DNA of 37,623 nucleotides from Patescibacteria group bacterium (GTDB lineage Bacteria; Patescibacteriota; Minisyncoccia; UBA6257; UBA9933): NCBI GenBank assembly GCA_038065955.1, contig JBBTPY010000003.1, positions 1 to 37,623 of the forward strand, read 5' to 3'. Shown piece by piece: positions 37,421 to 37,623 of this stretch (position 1 is its first letter; each line of letters starts with the position of its first letter). The notes under the pieces were generated by a model. It saw only the letters and a program-made list of their open reading frames with translations, ran no database searches and was not told where the DNA came from. The position numbers and the translations under genes were made by a program.

Positions 37421-37623
37421 ATGGCGGAAAAAGAAAAATTTGAACGCATCAAGCCGCACGTTAATGTCGGCACAATCGGCCATGTGGACCACGGCAAAAC
37501 AACGCTTACAGCCGCGATTACCCATGTGCTTTTTATGAAAGGTCTGGCGAAAAAAGAGGAGAGTGTTGACCAAATTGATAAAGCTCCGGAAGAAAGAGCG
37601 CGTGGCATTACCATTGCGGTTCA
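37421..37623 (+). CDS. tuf: Elongation factor Tu (3'-truncated by window edge)
   Basis: [34 protein letters not shown]...[14 protein letters not shown]. Confidence 0.98.
   Translation, partial: MAEKEKFERIKPHVNVGTIGHVDHGKTTLTAAITHVLFMKGLAKKEESVDQIDKAPEERARGITIAV

Noticed and set aside
34602-37614. Antisense ORFs over ribosomal protein genes, rpoA and tuf
   Set aside because: They lie opposite highly conserved genes and have no recognisable motifs.

Overview
Low-GC bacterial chromosome window, standard code 11. Gene content and style (AT-rich leaders without Shine-Dalgarno sites, short RpoA, truncated dcw cluster) suggest Patescibacteria/CPR, probably Parcubacteria; this is inference. Order: FN3-rich surface-protein cluster (1-4182); mraZ-rsmH-ftsL-ftsI-murF-tRNA-Glu; rplU; cysS-dnaB-recR on the minus strand; recO, glyS, M16 peptidase, AI-2E permease, metG, tatD, gyrB, secE-nusG; an ~8 kb accessory island (24264-32255); then infA-rpmJ-rpsM-rpsK-rpsD-rpoA-rplQ and the start of tuf. 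Main leads: (1) the island is an A-B-A'-B'-A'' array of a secreted C39-like cysteine peptidase, truncated variant cassettes and membrane-anchored partners, one split by an A9 tract, resembling a polymorphic effector/immunity locus; (2) FN3 modules lacking strand A sit next to a protein ending in an orphan strand A, suggesting donor-strand assembly; (3) palindromic and heptamer mini-repeats lie in frame within housekeeping genes; (4) DnaA boxes interleave with MraZ boxes; (5) a perfect 44-bp palindrome covers the glyS promoter.
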